This document shows positions 62,945 to 64,000 of a stretch of 64,000 nt of DNA, one piece after another. Made by a program: the position numbers and the translations under genes. A model generated the notes under the pieces. The model was not told the DNA's origin and did no database searches. It saw only the letters and a list, made by a program, of their open reading frames with translations. Positions within the stretch are counted from its first letter, which is position 1. Every line of letters starts with the position of its first letter. This DNA comes from Pavona decussata (lineage: Eukaryota): assembly GCA_977016875.1 (NCBI GenBank), contig CDRNST010000258.1, positions 248,001 to 312,000 on the forward strand, read 5' to 3'.

Positions 62945-64000
62945 TAAGGGTGCGGGATAAAAAATGTGGAATCGCCGCATTGCCTCTGGTCATGATCGAG
63001 TAAACATCTCTGGGACGTAATCTTAACTTACAGTCACTCTGAAATGGACATCTAAACTTTACTTCTTTCGCTCAAAAATAACACTGAAGACAGTAATTCG
63101 GCAAATTTAACGGTCTAGTAGCAGCCGTAGATACTTCTTGTTAGCTACACACTGATAAACAAGGCAACTTCGTTTAAGATTAAAAAAAAAAATTCATCCC
63201 GGTTCGGAGACAATCGAAGGTTCGAATTTTTATGTTTATTCTTGTACTAGCATTATGTGCCGTCAATTCTGCTTAACGCCTTTTGCGAGCGGTCTCTTTG
63301 GTGTTCTTAGTTCTGTAGCGCCCGATGGATCTAGCGAGCGGTGAGGCCGCGAGCCGCGAGTTCACTTAAATTGTATTTTGCATAATTTTACCGAGAGCTA
63401 CATTTTTTTCCTGAATTGGTTGGAGAGAAAAAACATTCGCCCGTTGGCTTTTCCAGTCGGTTTCCCGGGAGTTGATCCACTTTTATTAGTTCAACGGCTT
63501 CCAACGGGAAAACCACAAGGGGCACACCCGGTAGAACTCCGATAGCGCAACGAACCAAAAAATTGGCAAAACCCGGGAACAGTTAGTAGCTTTGGCCTCA
63601 AGAAAAGCAGTAACATCAATGATCAAAACAACATGGCGACAGGATCGATGTCTTCACTTTGAAATGGCTACAAACGCGAACAAACGCTTCAGCTTGAAAG
63701 TAAGTTAAACAGCACCAGGCCAATGATTTCCTCTCATTTCAAAACGAATTTCAAACGCGAAAAAAAAATCACAGATTCGTTAACGACGAAATTTTAAACA
63801 GCCCAATCTCTCCAGACTGATGTTCGTGAGTGTAAACTACTGATCTAACAATTAACGTATTCGGATTGGTCGAATTTTGTGACCCACACCACCTTCAGAG
63901 TGACAAACGGTGTTAATAAAACCGAAGTACTGAGTGTCATGTATGGCAGCTGTGTCAGAATAGATCGGGACAAAAAAAGTTAAATTTTTGTTCGGAGAAA

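Larger units (their letters stand above)
53431..64000 (+). repeat. Tandem segmental duplication: 53431 to about 57405 matches 58872-64000
   Basis: Continuous high identity from aatctcgtattttgtc through the CDS and about 2.5 kb of 3' flank to the window end. Confidence 0.95.

Overview
Eukaryotic, AT-rich, intron- and repeat-rich animal DNA. The repeat and GPCR style suggests a cnidarian, probably a stony coral (inference). There are two N-gaps (9060-9234, 31833-31970). (1) Bases 54-19234 (minus) hold a 20-exon gene that I spliced by hand into 732 in-frame codons; it runs off the left edge. It encodes a signal peptide, an anosmin-1/KAL1-type 10-Cys box with no WAP domain, and at least 6 FN3 repeats, the later ones built from a repeated three-exon cassette. 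(2) About 20-37 kb is non-coding and contains MITEs, a Penelope remnant, a near-perfect palindrome of two divergent tRNA-like units and a MITE with a 6-bp TSD. (3) 37416-42172 is a nearly intact two-gene PIF/Harbinger-like transposon: a spliced Myb/SANT-like gene plus a convergent HARBI1-like transposase with one frameshift. (4) 42-53 kb is a nest of TTAA (Kolobok-like), Harbinger, pogo-like and hairpin-ended elements, including a template-switch scar. (5) 53.4-64 kb is a tandem duplication of a rhodopsin-class GPCR with an intronless ORF; each copy carries different lesions and copy 2 has two insertions whose empty sites are visible in copy 1. All coordinates were read by eye and no database searches were run.
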